A DNA stretch of 64,000 bases from Flavobacteriaceae bacterium (GTDB lineage Bacteria > Bacteroidota > Bacteroidia > Flavobacteriales > Flavobacteriaceae): positions 14,051 through 78,050 of the forward strand of contig JAUROD010000023.1 of the NCBI GenBank assembly GCA_030835845.1. The letters run 5' to 3'. The notes under the pieces were generated by a model. The model ran no database searches. It worked only from the letters and a program-made list of their open reading frames with translations, and was not told where the DNA came from. Shown piece after piece: positions 40,789-51,006 of this stretch (the first letter of the stretch is position 1; each line of letters opens with the position of its first letter). The position numbers and the translations under genes were made by a program.

Positions 40789-41067
40789 ATGAATTTTTTT
40801 TCTTCTTTTCGGGATTTATATCAGCGCTATTACTTGCTTTCAATTTCAGCTTCACTGATAGTCTTGACTATTATCGGATCAATAAATGTGATATTTATAA
40901 CTCAAACTGGAATCACCTCATTTGGTATGTTTTCAATGATAATAGTTACCTTTACAACAATGAGTTATCTCGCTGTAATCCTTGCCCAGTTTCCCTTTGC
41001 AAAGGTTTATTTCTTGTTTTGGCTTTCTTTTTGTATTCAATTGTTTTTTCTTCTATTGTTGTCATAG
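40789..41067 (+). CDS. hypothetical membrane protein (about 3 TM)
   Basis: 92-aa hydrophobic ORF with ATG start filling the gap before ccsBA. Confidence 0.65.
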   Translation: MNFFSSFRDLYQRYYLLSISASLIVLTIIGSINVIFITQTGITSFGMFSMIIVTFTTMSYLAVILAQFPFAKVYFLFWLSFCIQLFFLLLLS

Positions 41068-41108
41068 AATTTAATTCTTTTTTCGTCGATTATTCCTTCT
41101 CGAACTTT

Positions 41109-41116
41109 TATCTTTG
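41109..41116 (+). promoter_or_regulatory. -7 promoter box TATCTTTG of ccsBA
   Basis: TAnnTTTG match 23 nt before ATG 41140. Confidence 0.6.
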
Positions 41117-41139
41117 CAGAGAATGTAGATGCTAGATCG

Positions 41140-44100
41140 ATGAAAGATATTTTTTGGAAATACCTCGCTTCAAACCGTTTAATGTCATTATTGTTTATCG
41201 CTTTTCCTACGGCGATGGCTCTTGGTACTTTTATTGAAAGTTGGTACTCTACCGACACTGCCAAGATTTGGATATACAACGCATGGTGGTTTGAGTTGAT
41301 GATGGGTTTGTTTGTCATAAATTTTATCGGTAATATTTTTAAGTATCGTCTATTGAGAAAAGAAAAATGGGCTGTCTTGCTCATCCATTTATCTTTTATT
41401 CTGATTCTTTTCGGTGCATTTATTACTCGATATATTGGTTACGAGGGGGTAATGCCAATTCGTGAAGGAGCTTCATCTTCAAATTTTTTATCTGAGAAAA
41501 CATATCTCACTGTGTTGGTCGATGGTGAATTTGATGGTCAGCCATTACGTAAAAAAATCCAAAAACAACTTTTGTTATCCCAGCATGTAAACAACGATTT
41601 TACGATCAAGGATGATTTTAAGGGAACCGATTTTAATATTTCTTTTGTCGACTTTATGGAAAATGCTACCGAGGGACTTGTTCTTGACCCTCAAGGAGAG
41701 CGTTACCTTAAAATTGTTGAGGCAAGCGATGGAAATCGTCACGATCATTACATTAAAGAAGGGGATGTTGTCAATATTCACAATCTTCTTTTTACTTTGA
41801 ATAACCCTATTCAAGGTGCTATTAACATTGAAGTAATAGACGGTGAATATATAATTAGTAGTCCATTTGAAGGTAGTTTTCTTAGAATGGCAGATGAATT
41901 TTCAGGAACGTTAACAACAAAAGAAAAACAGCCTTTACAGTTAAGATCTTTATACTCACTTCCAAATTTTCAATTTGTTATACCAGAGCCAGTTCTTCGT
42001 GGTCGTTTTGATATCGTTGAAGCTGAAAACCAAGGAAGTGCAAGACAAGATGCCCTTCGAATTGATATAAGTACAGCCGAAGGAAATGAATCAGTAACTT
42101 TATTGGGTGGAAAGGGATACAGCAATGATCCAAAGAAAATTACTCTTGGATCTTTTGACTTTTATGTTTCTTATGGTTCTTTGTTGATGGAATTACCCTT
42201 TGAAATTCAATTAAATGACTTTATTGCTGCAAAATATCCAGGTACTGAAAAAAGCTACTCTTCTTTTGAAAGTAAGGTAACAGTACTTGACGATGTCAAT
42301 TTCGACTATCACATTTATATGAATCACGTACTTGATCACAAAGGCTATCGTTTTTTTCAATCCTCTTTTGATCCTGACGAAAAAGGAACAGTTTTATCTG
42401 TAAATCACGATTGGTGGGGGACATACATTACCTATGCTGGATATATCTTACTCTATCTAAGTATGATGGGAATTTTCTTTATTGGAAAAACACGTTTTAA
42501 AGATTTATCTAAGAGTTTGGATAAAATTAAGGCACAAAAAGCATCACTTACACTTGCATTGCTTTTCGGTGTAGGATTACTTAATGCTCAGGAACACGAA
42601 CATACACGCACTAAAATTGATTTTGATTCAATTGTAATTGCGGATGCTTTTCCAATTTCACAAGCTGAAAAATTTGGATCTTTAGTCATTCAAGACCTTG
42701 GAGGTCGTATGAAACCAGCCAATACATTTTCTTCAGAACTTTTGCGAAAAGTTAGTAAATACGATACTTATAACGGACTAAATTCAGACCAAGTGATGTT
42801 GTCTATACTGAACAGTCCTGCAATTTGGTATAATGTGCCTATTATTTTCCTTAAACGAGGAAATGATTCTATCCGAAAAATTACTGGGGTGTCTTCGGAT
42901 GAAAAATATGCTCCACTGGTCTCTTTTTTCGATGAATTTGGAAATTATAAATTAGCTTCTCAGTTAGAGGAAGCGTATCGTTCTGGCGTACCAAACCAAT
43001 TTCAAAAAGATTTTATTGAGTTAGACAAACGTGTGAATATACTTTATTCTGCTCTAGAAGGAAAAGTTTTAAGAATTTTCCCAATACCAAATAACGAAAA
43101 TAACAAGTGGGTGTCTTTTCCAGAATTAAATGAAGCAAATTTTACCGGAACGGATTCACTCTATGTTAATAATGTTTTGCCTCTATACTTTCAATCTCTA
43201 CGTGCAGCAAAAGATGATGGAAACTATACCCAATCTGATCAATTATTAGAAAGTCTGAAAGGTTTTCAAAAAAGATATGGTAGCGAGGTGCTTCCTTCAG
43301 ATGGAAAGATTAAAGCCGAAATAACATACAATAAATATGACATTTTCAAGAAGTTATTTAGCTGGTATCTCTATGTTGGGTTCTTCTTTTTTATTCTTTT
43401 GATTGTACAAATTTTTACTGATAATCGTTTTGTTAGAGTATCAATAAAAATTTTTAAAAGTGCTACTTTTTTACTTTTTGCTTTACATACACTTGGATTG
43501 ATTGCGCGATGGTTTATATCAGGTCATGCACCTTGGAGCGATGCCTATGAATCAATGATATACGTAGCATGGGCTACAGTTTTGTTTGGAATTTTATTTG
43601 GACGTAAATCAAACCTAACCCTTGCTGCCACGACTTTTGTTGCTTCAATGGTTTTGATGATTGCTCATTGGAATTGGATGGACCCATCCATTGCAAATTT
43701 ACAACCCGTTTTAGATAGTTATTGGTTGATGATTCATGTTGCTGTCATTGTGGGTAGTTATGGACCATTTGCATTGAGTATGATAATAGGTGTTGTTGCG
43801 CTTCTTTTAATGATTATCACCAGACCTTCAAATAAGAAAAAAATGGATTTGAACATTAAAGAATTAACTGTTATAAATGAGCTATCATTGACTGTTGGTT
43901 TAATAATGTTGACCATTGGAAACTTTCTCGGTGGGATGTGGGCGAATGAAAGCTGGGGTCGATATTGGGGATGGGACCCAAAAGAGACATGGGCACTTAT
44001 TAGTATTATGATTTATGCTTTTGTAATTCATATGCGACTCATTCCAGGTTTACGAGGCAGATGGTTATTTAATTTTGCAAGTATTATTGCATTTGCTAGT

Positions 44101-44265
44101 ATAATGATGACTTACTTCGGTGTAAACTTTTATCTTACAGGTTTGCATTCCTATGCAAGTGGTGACAAAATAATAACACCTAATTTTGTGTATTATGCTG
44201 CTATTTCTGTCATTGTTTTAGGTTTTATTTCTTATTTCCCATATAAGAAGTACTATAAAAAGTAG
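41140..44265 (+). CDS. ccsA: cytochrome c biogenesis system II fused CcsBA protein
   Basis: ResB-like N-terminus (IHLSF, MNHVLDHKGYRFFQSS) and WWD domain (GGMWANESWGRYWGWDPKETW, GLHSYA). Confidence 0.92.
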   Translation: MKDIFWKYLASNRLMSLLFIAFPTAMALGTFIESWYSTDTAKIWIYNAWWFELMMGLFVINFIGNIFKYRLLRKEKWAVLLIHLSFILILFGAFITRYIGYEGVMPIREGASSSNFLSEKTYLTVLVDGEFDGQPLRKKIQKQLLLSQHVNNDFTIKDDFKGTDFNISFVDFMENATEGLVLDPQGERYLKIVEASDGNRHDHYIKEGDVVNIHNLLFTLNNPIQGAINIEVIDGEYIISSPFEGSFLRMADEFSGTLTTKEKQPLQLRSLYSLPNFQFVIPEPVLRGRFDIVEAENQGSARQDALRIDISTAEGNESVTLLGGKGYSNDPKKITLGSFDFYVSYGSLLMELPFEIQLNDFIAAKYPGTEKSYSSFESKVTVLDDVNFDYHIYMNHVLDHKGYRFFQSSFDPDEKGTVLSVNHDWWGTYITYAGYILLYLSMMGIFFIGKTRFKDLSKSLDKIKAQKASLTLALLFGVGLLNAQEHEHTRTKIDFDSIVIADAFPISQAEKFGSLVIQDLGGRMKPANTFSSELLRKVSKYDTYNGLNSDQVMLSILNSPAIWYNVPIIFLKRGNDSIRKITGVSSDEKYAPLVSFFDEFGNYKLASQLEEAYRSGVPNQFQKDFIELDKRVNILYSALEGKVLRIFPIPNNENNKWVSFPELNEANFTGTDSLYVNNVLPLYFQSLRAAKDDGNYTQSDQLLESLKGFQKRYGSEVLPSDGKIKAEITYNKYDIFKKLFSWYLYVGFFFFILLIVQIFTDNRFVRVSIKIFKSATFLLFALHTLGLIARWFISGHAPWSDAYESMIYVAWATVLFGILFGRKSNLTLAATTFVASMVLMIAHWNWMDPSIANLQPVLDSYWLMIHVAVIVGSYGPFALSMIIGVVALLLMIITRPSNKKKMDLNIKELTVINELSLTVGLIMLTIGNFLGGMWANESWGRYWGWDPKETWALISIMIYAFVIHMRLIPGLRGRWLFNFASIIAFASIMMTYFGVNFYLTGLHSYASGDKIITPNFVYYAAISVIVLGFISYFPYKKYYKK

Positions 44266-44269
44266 TACC

Positions 44270-44707
44270 ATGAAATTACACTATGTTTTTTTAACCTTTT
44301 TATTTTTATTATTTGGTTGTCAAAAACCAGATTCCATTAAAATCAATGAACTAAATCAAGCAATTTCTACTTGGAAAAAAGCGAATTTAAAAAGCTATTC
44401 AGTTACTCAGAAAATAAGCTGTTATTGCATGGATGAGTTTATTTTACCAAAACGTTTAGTTATTGTTGATCAAAAAGTAGTTTCTGTAAATGGTAGCCCC
44501 ATACCAGAAGAAGAGCTTTCAGTCTACCTTACAGTTGAGGATAGTTTTGAATTTATCAAGGATCGTTTAGCAAAAAACCCTATTAAATCATCAATCGAAT
44601 ACGACGATACTTATGGTTTTCCTTCCTCATTTCACTTTGATATGTCAGAACAGATTGTTGATGAAGAAATTAGCTATTACTTTACTGATTTTACATTAAC
44701 TCAATAA
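44270..44707 (+). CDS. DUF6174-like lipoprotein
   Basis: Lipobox LFGC, SCYC, YDDTYGFP, DEEISY. Confidence 0.7.
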   Translation: MKLHYVFLTFLFLLFGCQKPDSIKINELNQAISTWKKANLKSYSVTQKISCYCMDEFILPKRLVIVDQKVVSVNGSPIPEEELSVYLTVEDSFEFIKDRLAKNPIKSSIEYDDTYGFPSSFHFDMSEQIVDEEISYYFTDFTLTQ

Positions 44708-44760
44708 GTATATACCCTTTTTAAACTTTTAAGAAAGCTGTATATTGAAAAAAAAATAAA

Positions 44761-44967
44761 ATGACAGCGAGACAAAAGTGGCTAACTTATGCCATCTCAG
44801 GATTACTACTGATAGGGTTTGGATTAAGTCTTCTTGGAGAAGCTATATTGATGAAATATACAGATGCTGAAAATTGGGTATTGATTGGAACAATCGCTCT
44901 TATTGCTACCAATTCGGGTTTGTGTTTTTTTGGACAAGCAATTATTGAAAAATTTAGAATGAGTTAA
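44761..44967 (+). CDS. small two-helix membrane protein
   Basis: KW...SGLLLIGFGLSLLGEA...NSGLCFFGQA; ATG start after an A-rich leader. Confidence 0.7.
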   Translation: MTARQKWLTYAISGLLLIGFGLSLLGEAILMKYTDAENWVLIGTIALIATNSGLCFFGQAIIEKFRMS

Positions 44968-45031
44968 TTATCACTGATAATTCCCAGCTAGGTATAAAGA
45001 AATATGTATTTTACTACAAAATAAATATCCA

Positions 45032-45976
45032 TTGAATCGACTAAAAATTATTAAAAACAGATCCGATATTGGAGCAGGAACAAGAGGTTCCGATTTAGGT
45101 GTAGATGCACTTGAAATTGCTGCAATTAATCGTGAAAATGATTTTTTTCATCGTCATCCCTATGTCGATGTTCCAACCCACAATGAATCTATTTATGATA
45201 AGGTTAAAAATACATTTGCAAAGCGCATTGGTTTTGTTGCAGAACAGTGTGAACGACTTGCAGATGTAACCAAAATGGTTCTTAATCAGAATCATTTTCC
45301 ACTTGTTATTTCGGGGGATCATTCTTCTGCTATAGGAACTCTTGCTGGTATTAAGCAAGCTTACCCAGACAAAACCATTGCTGCTATTTGGATTGATGCT
45401 CATGCGGATCTTCATACTCCATTAAGTTCTCCATCAGGAAATGTTCATGGAATGCCACTGGCTGCTGCTTTAGGGTTAGATAACGAAGCTTATGCAGTTA
45501 ATCAAGTAACACCTCAAACAATTTTAAGTTGGAATCAAATTAAGAATATGGGGAGAAGTACTCCAATTCTTTTACCACAACATCTTATTTATTTTGGACT
45601 TCGTTCAACCGAGACTGCCGAGAATAAAATAATTTCTGAAAAAAATATTCGTGTATATCCTGTTCATGAAGTACGTCATAGATCTATTGAGACATGTTTA
45701 AATGAAGTCCTCAAACAACTTGATTCTGTCGATCTAATTTATTTGAGTTTTGATGTTGATGCACTTGACTGTGATCTTGTTTCCAAGGGCACAGGGACTC
45801 CCGTTTCTATGGGGTTTGCTCCAGATGAGGTGCAACAAATAATTCAAAGTTTTATTGACTCCAAGAAACTATGCTGTCTTGAAGTATGCGAAATAAATCC
45901 TCTGCTTGATGAAAAAGGTAATTCGATGGCAGAAACTGTTTTCGATATTTTAGACAACTGTCTTAGTGCCGTTTAA
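45032..45976 (+). CDS. arginase
   Basis: GDHS, WIDAHADLH, SGNVHGMP, SFDVD, GTGTP, EINP. Confidence 0.9.
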   Translation: MNRLKIIKNRSDIGAGTRGSDLGVDALEIAAINRENDFFHRHPYVDVPTHNESIYDKVKNTFAKRIGFVAEQCERLADVTKMVLNQNHFPLVISGDHSSAIGTLAGIKQAYPDKTIAAIWIDAHADLHTPLSSPSGNVHGMPLAAALGLDNEAYAVNQVTPQTILSWNQIKNMGRSTPILLPQHLIYFGLRSTETAENKIISEKNIRVYPVHEVRHRSIETCLNEVLKQLDSVDLIYLSFDVDALDCDLVSKGTGTPVSMGFAPDEVQQIIQSFIDSKKLCCLEVCEINPLLDEKGNSMAETVFDILDNCLSAV

Positions 45977-46072
45977 ACTCTTTTTTGTCTTTGTCGAATT
46001 TTTGATTGTCAGGAACTTGAGGTGACTTTGCTTTTACATTTGCACGAAGTTGTTTCGTAAATTCATGACTTA

Positions 46073-46549
46073 TTAATTCATTTGGATTTTTTTATGAGCA
46101 AACGAGTTTTCATAAAAACTTTCGCGAATAGTTGTCAGTATGACATCTTTGGACAACCCGATATCTGTACTCACTCCATTTAGATACTGACGAATTTTCT
46201 CTAATGTTTTTTTCTTTGGAATTTGAATAACAAAATCTGAATCGGTTTCTGTAAGGCTTGTGATTGCGGATGTATAAACTTTACCTTCAATAATTGAGCC
46301 TTCATTCATTGTTATCCTTCCAACACAAAATACATTTCCTTTGATTCGTCCTGAGAGAATTAGATTTTCGCAAATGATATCGCCTGTAACAAAAGACGCG
46401 CTATCTAAGATCACTTTTTTCTTGGATAAGATAGTTCCATTAAAATTACATTCTAAACGAATTGATTTAGTGGATTTAATGTAGCCTTCCAAGTAATTAT
46501 CATCGGGAATTAAGATTGGAGCATCTTCTTGTTTGGTTGAGTTTTTCAT
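46073..46549 (-). CDS. bactofilin (polymer-forming cytoskeletal) domain protein, possibly frameshifted near the C-terminus
   Basis: Beta-helix repeats LEGYI, FNGTI, VTGDI, IKGNV, IEGKV. Confidence 0.75.
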   Translation of the reverse strand: MKNSTKQEDAPILIPDDNYLEGYIKSTKSIRLECNFNGTILSKKKVILDSASFVTGDIICENLILSGRIKGNVFCVGRITMNEGSIIEGKVYTSAITSLTETDSDFVIQIPKKKTLEKIRQYLNGVSTDIGLSKDVILTTIRESFYENSFAHKKIQMN

Positions 46550-46643
46550 GTTTTGTTAGATTTAGGATTAACCAAGATTAATGAAATTGAACTCTATTAT
46601 AAAAGAAAAAATTTCAATTTTTTCTTTTTTCCCCTAAGACCCC

Positions 46644-48974
46644 TTATTCAGTCAGTGTTTTCAAATAATCAAAATGATGTTTTAGATTTTTTGACCCACC
46701 ACGTGCTAATTTTTTAGAAAACGCATGAATTTGGTTCTTTATATCCACAAGCTTCACTTTGATACTTGGATTAAGTGTTTCTTCTTCCAAAAGAATGTCT
46801 ATTTGTTCCACCAAGCTAAGCTGCAGGTATTGTTGTGATAGGTCTGGAGAAGAGACATTTTTGACTAAACTTTCTGTTAATTTGTGTAATAATTCATCAA
46901 CTTTCAATGCGTTGCCTTTTAATGTGTTTTGGGTAGAAAACATTTGATTAAGTTTTTTTGCATTCAAAAAGCGATTGAGTGCGCTTTTTTGCAAGGAATG
47001 TATCATTTCTATAACACCATTCCCTTTGATTTGAGAAATCAACTCAGCTTCCATCAACCAGTTTTGAGTTTTCCATAAATTTTCATCTAGAAATGCCAAG
47101 GCACGAAGTTGTTCGGAACGATCTACATTTTCGTAAGTCAATGCAGATTGATTTGCATTGTGAGGAGTTTTATACACTCCACCCACAACACGATGGACAT
47201 GGTAGATATACCTTCGGTAAACTCCAATCAATTCTCCGTATAACTCATCTAAATCTGTAAAGTTTTCCGTAGGTTTAACGGTCCAATCCATTAGGTTTTT
47301 AGCGACAACTTTTAAGTTTTTCAATCCATATGAGCTTGCTTTAACGGGATCATCACCAATATTTTCTGTCTGCGCATTTGGATCATTTCCATTCCCTCCA
47401 AACATGTACATTGGATCTAATGACTTGGCATCAACCATTTTACGGAGTATTTCCTTTTCTTCTTCTGCTGATTTACCAAAATAACGATATCCCCATTCGA
47501 TAGCATACTCATCATAGGGTCCTAATTGTCTGACAAATCGAATGTTTTCATCACCAGGTTGTGCCACATAATTATACCGTGCATAATCCATTATCGTGGT
47601 TGCAATACCATATTTTTGAGTAAATGAACCAGAACGCAAAGAGTCTACTGGGTATGCGCTACTTGCTTTCATGTTGTGAGGTAGTCCAAGCGCATGACCA
47701 ATTTCATGAGAAATTACACGTCGCATCATTTCTCCAATTTCTTCCTCTGGAGTTTCCAGACTACGCGCTTTCGGATTAGCAGCAGCTGTTTCCAATAAAT
47801 ATCTATTTCGATAGGAGCGAAGATGATTGTGATACCAGATTATATCACTTTCTAAAATCTCTCCAGTTCTTGGATCTGATACACTTGGTCCTACTGCATT
47901 TCGAGTTGTTGATGCGACATAACGAACAGTCGAATATCGAATATCTTCTGGACTGAAATCAGGATCTTCCTCTTTACTTGGGGGATCTTTTGCAATTATT
48001 GCATTTTTGAATCCTGCCTTGGCAAAAGCAGTATTCCAATCTTCAATTCCTTCTTTAAAATACTTTCTCCATTTTAATGGTGTAGCGGGGTCTAGGTAAT
48101 AGACAATTGGTTTTTTTGGCGATACCAGTTCTCCCTTTGCGTAAGCTTCTGTATCACTGGGTTCTAATCGCCATCTTCGCACAATTGAATAGGCATCAGA
48201 TTTTAGGGCAGTTGAGCTGTAATCAATTTTATTAAGACTAAACCAACCAACACGTTCGTCTGCGTATCGGATAGGCATTTGATCTTTCGGAAGAGCTATA
48301 AAAGAATGGTTTATTTGAAAGCTAAATGTGTTGGATTGATTTTCTCTAGGTGCTTTTGCAGCACTAAAAGTTAGGGTGTGTATAATCTCAGTATTTTCTG
48401 GATAACTTCGAGCAGCGTCAATCACACTTCGTTTTTTATCTACTCCTCCAATCTTAAAATTATCTTTATCTGACTTACGGATGATATTAAAACCTGGGGA
48501 ATCAGCCATAAAATAACTTGTTACATCAATCAAAAACCGATCGTCTTCTTTGTTTTTTATATCAAATGAGGCTAAAATAGGAGCAAAATTATTTTCAGAT
48601 ACACTGAGTGATATCGGGTCGTTTTCATTTGCTATATTCGTGTAGCTTAATTCTTTTAGTAAAATTCGTTTCCCATGTTTCACAAATTGAACAACACGTT
48701 GAGATGTTTTTGAGCCTGCGTTGAGATAAGCAGAATAATTTGCAGGTAATTGCGCAAATCGAGTAACTACAAGCAATTCTTTTTCCAACAATTGAGTTGA
48801 TAACTCAAAATACAACTCATTTTTATCATTTAAATACGTTGTTATTAGCCCTTTAGAAGCTTGCATCTCTGCTGTTAAGGAGTCCAATGACTGAGAAGTT
48901 GATTTTTTTCCTTTTTGTTGTGCTGTCAAAGCAGCCGTTAAAAGGAAGAGACTTAGTAAAAAGTGCGTTCGCAT
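46644..48974 (-). CDS. zinc-dependent metalloprotease (DUF5117 / EcxA-like Met-zincin)
   Basis: HEIGHALGLPHN, Met-turn TIMDYAR, DPRTGEILESDI, RWRLEP; signal peptide. Confidence 0.9.
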   Translation of the reverse strand: MRTHFLLSLFLLTAALTAQQKGKKSTSQSLDSLTAEMQASKGLITTYLNDKNELYFELSTQLLEKELLVVTRFAQLPANYSAYLNAGSKTSQRVVQFVKHGKRILLKELSYTNIANENDPISLSVSENNFAPILASFDIKNKEDDRFLIDVTSYFMADSPGFNIIRKSDKDNFKIGGVDKKRSVIDAARSYPENTEIIHTLTFSAAKAPRENQSNTFSFQINHSFIALPKDQMPIRYADERVGWFSLNKIDYSSTALKSDAYSIVRRWRLEPSDTEAYAKGELVSPKKPIVYYLDPATPLKWRKYFKEGIEDWNTAFAKAGFKNAIIAKDPPSKEEDPDFSPEDIRYSTVRYVASTTRNAVGPSVSDPRTGEILESDIIWYHNHLRSYRNRYLLETAAANPKARSLETPEEEIGEMMRRVISHEIGHALGLPHNMKASSAYPVDSLRSGSFTQKYGIATTIMDYARYNYVAQPGDENIRFVRQLGPYDEYAIEWGYRYFGKSAEEEKEILRKMVDAKSLDPMYMFGGNGNDPNAQTENIGDDPVKASSYGLKNLKVVAKNLMDWTVKPTENFTDLDELYGELIGVYRRYIYHVHRVVGGVYKTPHNANQSALTYENVDRSEQLRALAFLDENLWKTQNWLMEAELISQIKGNGVIEMIHSLQKSALNRFLNAKKLNQMFSTQNTLKGNALKVDELLHKLTESLVKNVSSPDLSQQYLQLSLVEQIDILLEEETLNPSIKVKLVDIKNQIHAFSKKLARGGSKNLKHHFDYLKTLTE

Positions 48975-49176
48975 AGTGTTAATTTAATTATTCAATGTAC
49001 AAAAAGATAATTAATATATGGTTTAATTGAAGATGGATAAAGGACTTGTGATTTTAATTTGCAGGTTTAAATCTTTCCTCAATTGCGACGGGTTGCTGAT
49101 TTAACACGATTGAATTTAACCACTTGAAAATTTAAATTAAAATGAATTAACTTTAGTGAATAGTAACTTAATTATA

Positions 49177-50997
49177 ATGCAGAAGGAACAACCTGATTTA
49201 GTCGCTGATTTTTATGCTCAAGACATTGATTTTAAATCATTGATTAAGGCAAAAAAAAGCACACGAAAACAAGTTACTAGTTATAGCTTATCTCCTTACA
49301 ACGGTACATTTGGCAAAGCACAAAAGCGGCACTTGCTCAATCGAGTACTTATTGGAAATGCGAAACGTCATATGGACGATTTGACCAATTTGTCATTGGG
49401 AGAAGCTATTGAGATGATATTTACTCCTGAAGAAATGGGAGAACCTATCAACAATTATTATCATAAAATGAATGCTTCAGAATATGCGGAACATTACACT
49501 ACTGAGGACGTACCACCTTTGGCTCCATTCATTTCACGTCCGTATACAAGAAACCGTCCTGGAAGTGAGGAACAATTTGGATGGGAGCGTCAGTCTGCGA
49601 TTCGTTCATGGTATCACTATGGGATTTACAATCAAAATACGTCAATAAATTGGAAATTATTTTTGTTTTTACACAATCTTGTACCTACTCGTTCTTTTGA
49701 TTTGTTTGGTCATAAGTCTGCTTTTAACTACATGAAATTACTTTTTGATTCCTGTTTTGGAAGTTATAAGCAGTTTATCTATGATATAAGTATAGATAGT
49801 TCCATGCTAAATTACCTCAACTTGGCATCGAGTAAAAAGGAAACACCAGATGAAAATTTTGCCCGTGAAGTACAAGAATTATTTACCGTTGGAAAGCGAC
49901 CTTTTGCTCAATTTTCAGAAGGTGATGTTCGAGAAATTGCTCGTGCATTAGTTGGATGGAGTTTTGATTATGAAAGATTTGTTTATGAGGAAGGACACGA
50001 AGATACCCACTATTTTCATGCTTGGAATCACGATACTGGTGATAAGTTTTTTTCTGAATTTTATGACAATACCATTATACGAGGGAGAAGCGGTCAGGAA
50101 GGAGAGGAAGAACTTGCTGAGGTAATTGATATGCTTTTTCAAACGGACGAATCATGTATTTATATTGCACGACGATTGTACCAATTCTTTGTGAGTCCTG
50201 AGCTTTCAGAACAAATCGAAACTCAAATTATTTTACCTTTGTCTGAAACCTTTCGATCTTCTAATTTTTCGTTAGTTGAAACGCTCAAGGTTTTGCTTTC
50301 AAGTGAACATTTTTTTGATGAGGGAAATTATAATTCGTTAATTATGGCTCCCTACGAATACGCATATAAAGTCTTTAAGGAGATGAATGTTTTAGACGGT
50401 TATCTTTTTGTTTGGACAGGTTCAGTGGGGTATAATTCAATCGTTCGTCCAAATTATTTTCCAAATGAAATTAAAGACCGTTATGTTCAGCGATACAATG
50501 CTTTTCAAAGTTTAGGATGGATTCTAAATCAAATGGGAATGCAAATCAATGATCCTCCAAGTGTTTCTGGATGGCCTGCATACTATCAAGAGCCTGTTTA
50601 TGATTTATTTTGGATAAATTCCTCAACAATGAAATCTCGCAAAAGATTTGCAGAATCAGTTTTTCGATGGGGGATATGGTTAGATTATGAGATTGAGGGA
50701 CATGGAGCAAATCTCCGTTTCAACTCATTGGATTTTATTAGCTCTTTTCAAAATCCATCTAACATTGATCAGTTTTTAGAGGAATTGAATGATCGCTTTT
50801 TGGGGATGGAAATCCCAGAAGTTACCAAACTTAGACTTCGCAACGCACTTTTGAATGGTGTGAGTGAAGCTCATTGGACTGAGGAAGTTAATAATGTACT
50901 TAATTCTGGAGAAACTAACCCTGAATCTTTTGTTCGTTGGAGATTGGAAAATACACTTTATTTATACACCATGTTAGGAGAGTTTCATCTTCATTAA
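49177..50997 (+). CDS. DUF1800 domain protein
   Basis: HLLNR, FLHN, MLNYLN, PDENFAREVQELFTVG, DVREIARALVGW, HDTGDK, PPSVSGWP. Start at ATG 49177 (alternative GTG 49156). Confidence 0.88.
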   Translation: MQKEQPDLVADFYAQDIDFKSLIKAKKSTRKQVTSYSLSPYNGTFGKAQKRHLLNRVLIGNAKRHMDDLTNLSLGEAIEMIFTPEEMGEPINNYYHKMNASEYAEHYTTEDVPPLAPFISRPYTRNRPGSEEQFGWERQSAIRSWYHYGIYNQNTSINWKLFLFLHNLVPTRSFDLFGHKSAFNYMKLLFDSCFGSYKQFIYDISIDSSMLNYLNLASSKKETPDENFAREVQELFTVGKRPFAQFSEGDVREIARALVGWSFDYERFVYEEGHEDTHYFHAWNHDTGDKFFSEFYDNTIIRGRSGQEGEEELAEVIDMLFQTDESCIYIARRLYQFFVSPELSEQIETQIILPLSETFRSSNFSLVETLKVLLSSEHFFDEGNYNSLIMAPYEYAYKVFKEMNVLDGYLFVWTGSVGYNSIVRPNYFPNEIKDRYVQRYNAFQSLGWILNQMGMQINDPPSVSGWPAYYQEPVYDLFWINSSTMKSRKRFAESVFRWGIWLDYEIEGHGANLRFNSLDFISSFQNPSNIDQFLEELNDRFLGMEIPEVTKLRLRNALLNGVSEAHWTEEVNNVLNSGETNPESFVRWRLENTLYLYTMLGEFHLH

Positions 50998-51006
50998 CTA
51001 GATAGA

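Noticed and set aside
41140-44265. Unusually long (1041 aa) CcsA with an internal signal-peptide-like stretch
   Set aside because: Fused CcsBA of this size is normal in Bacteroidota; no frameshift or read-through is needed.
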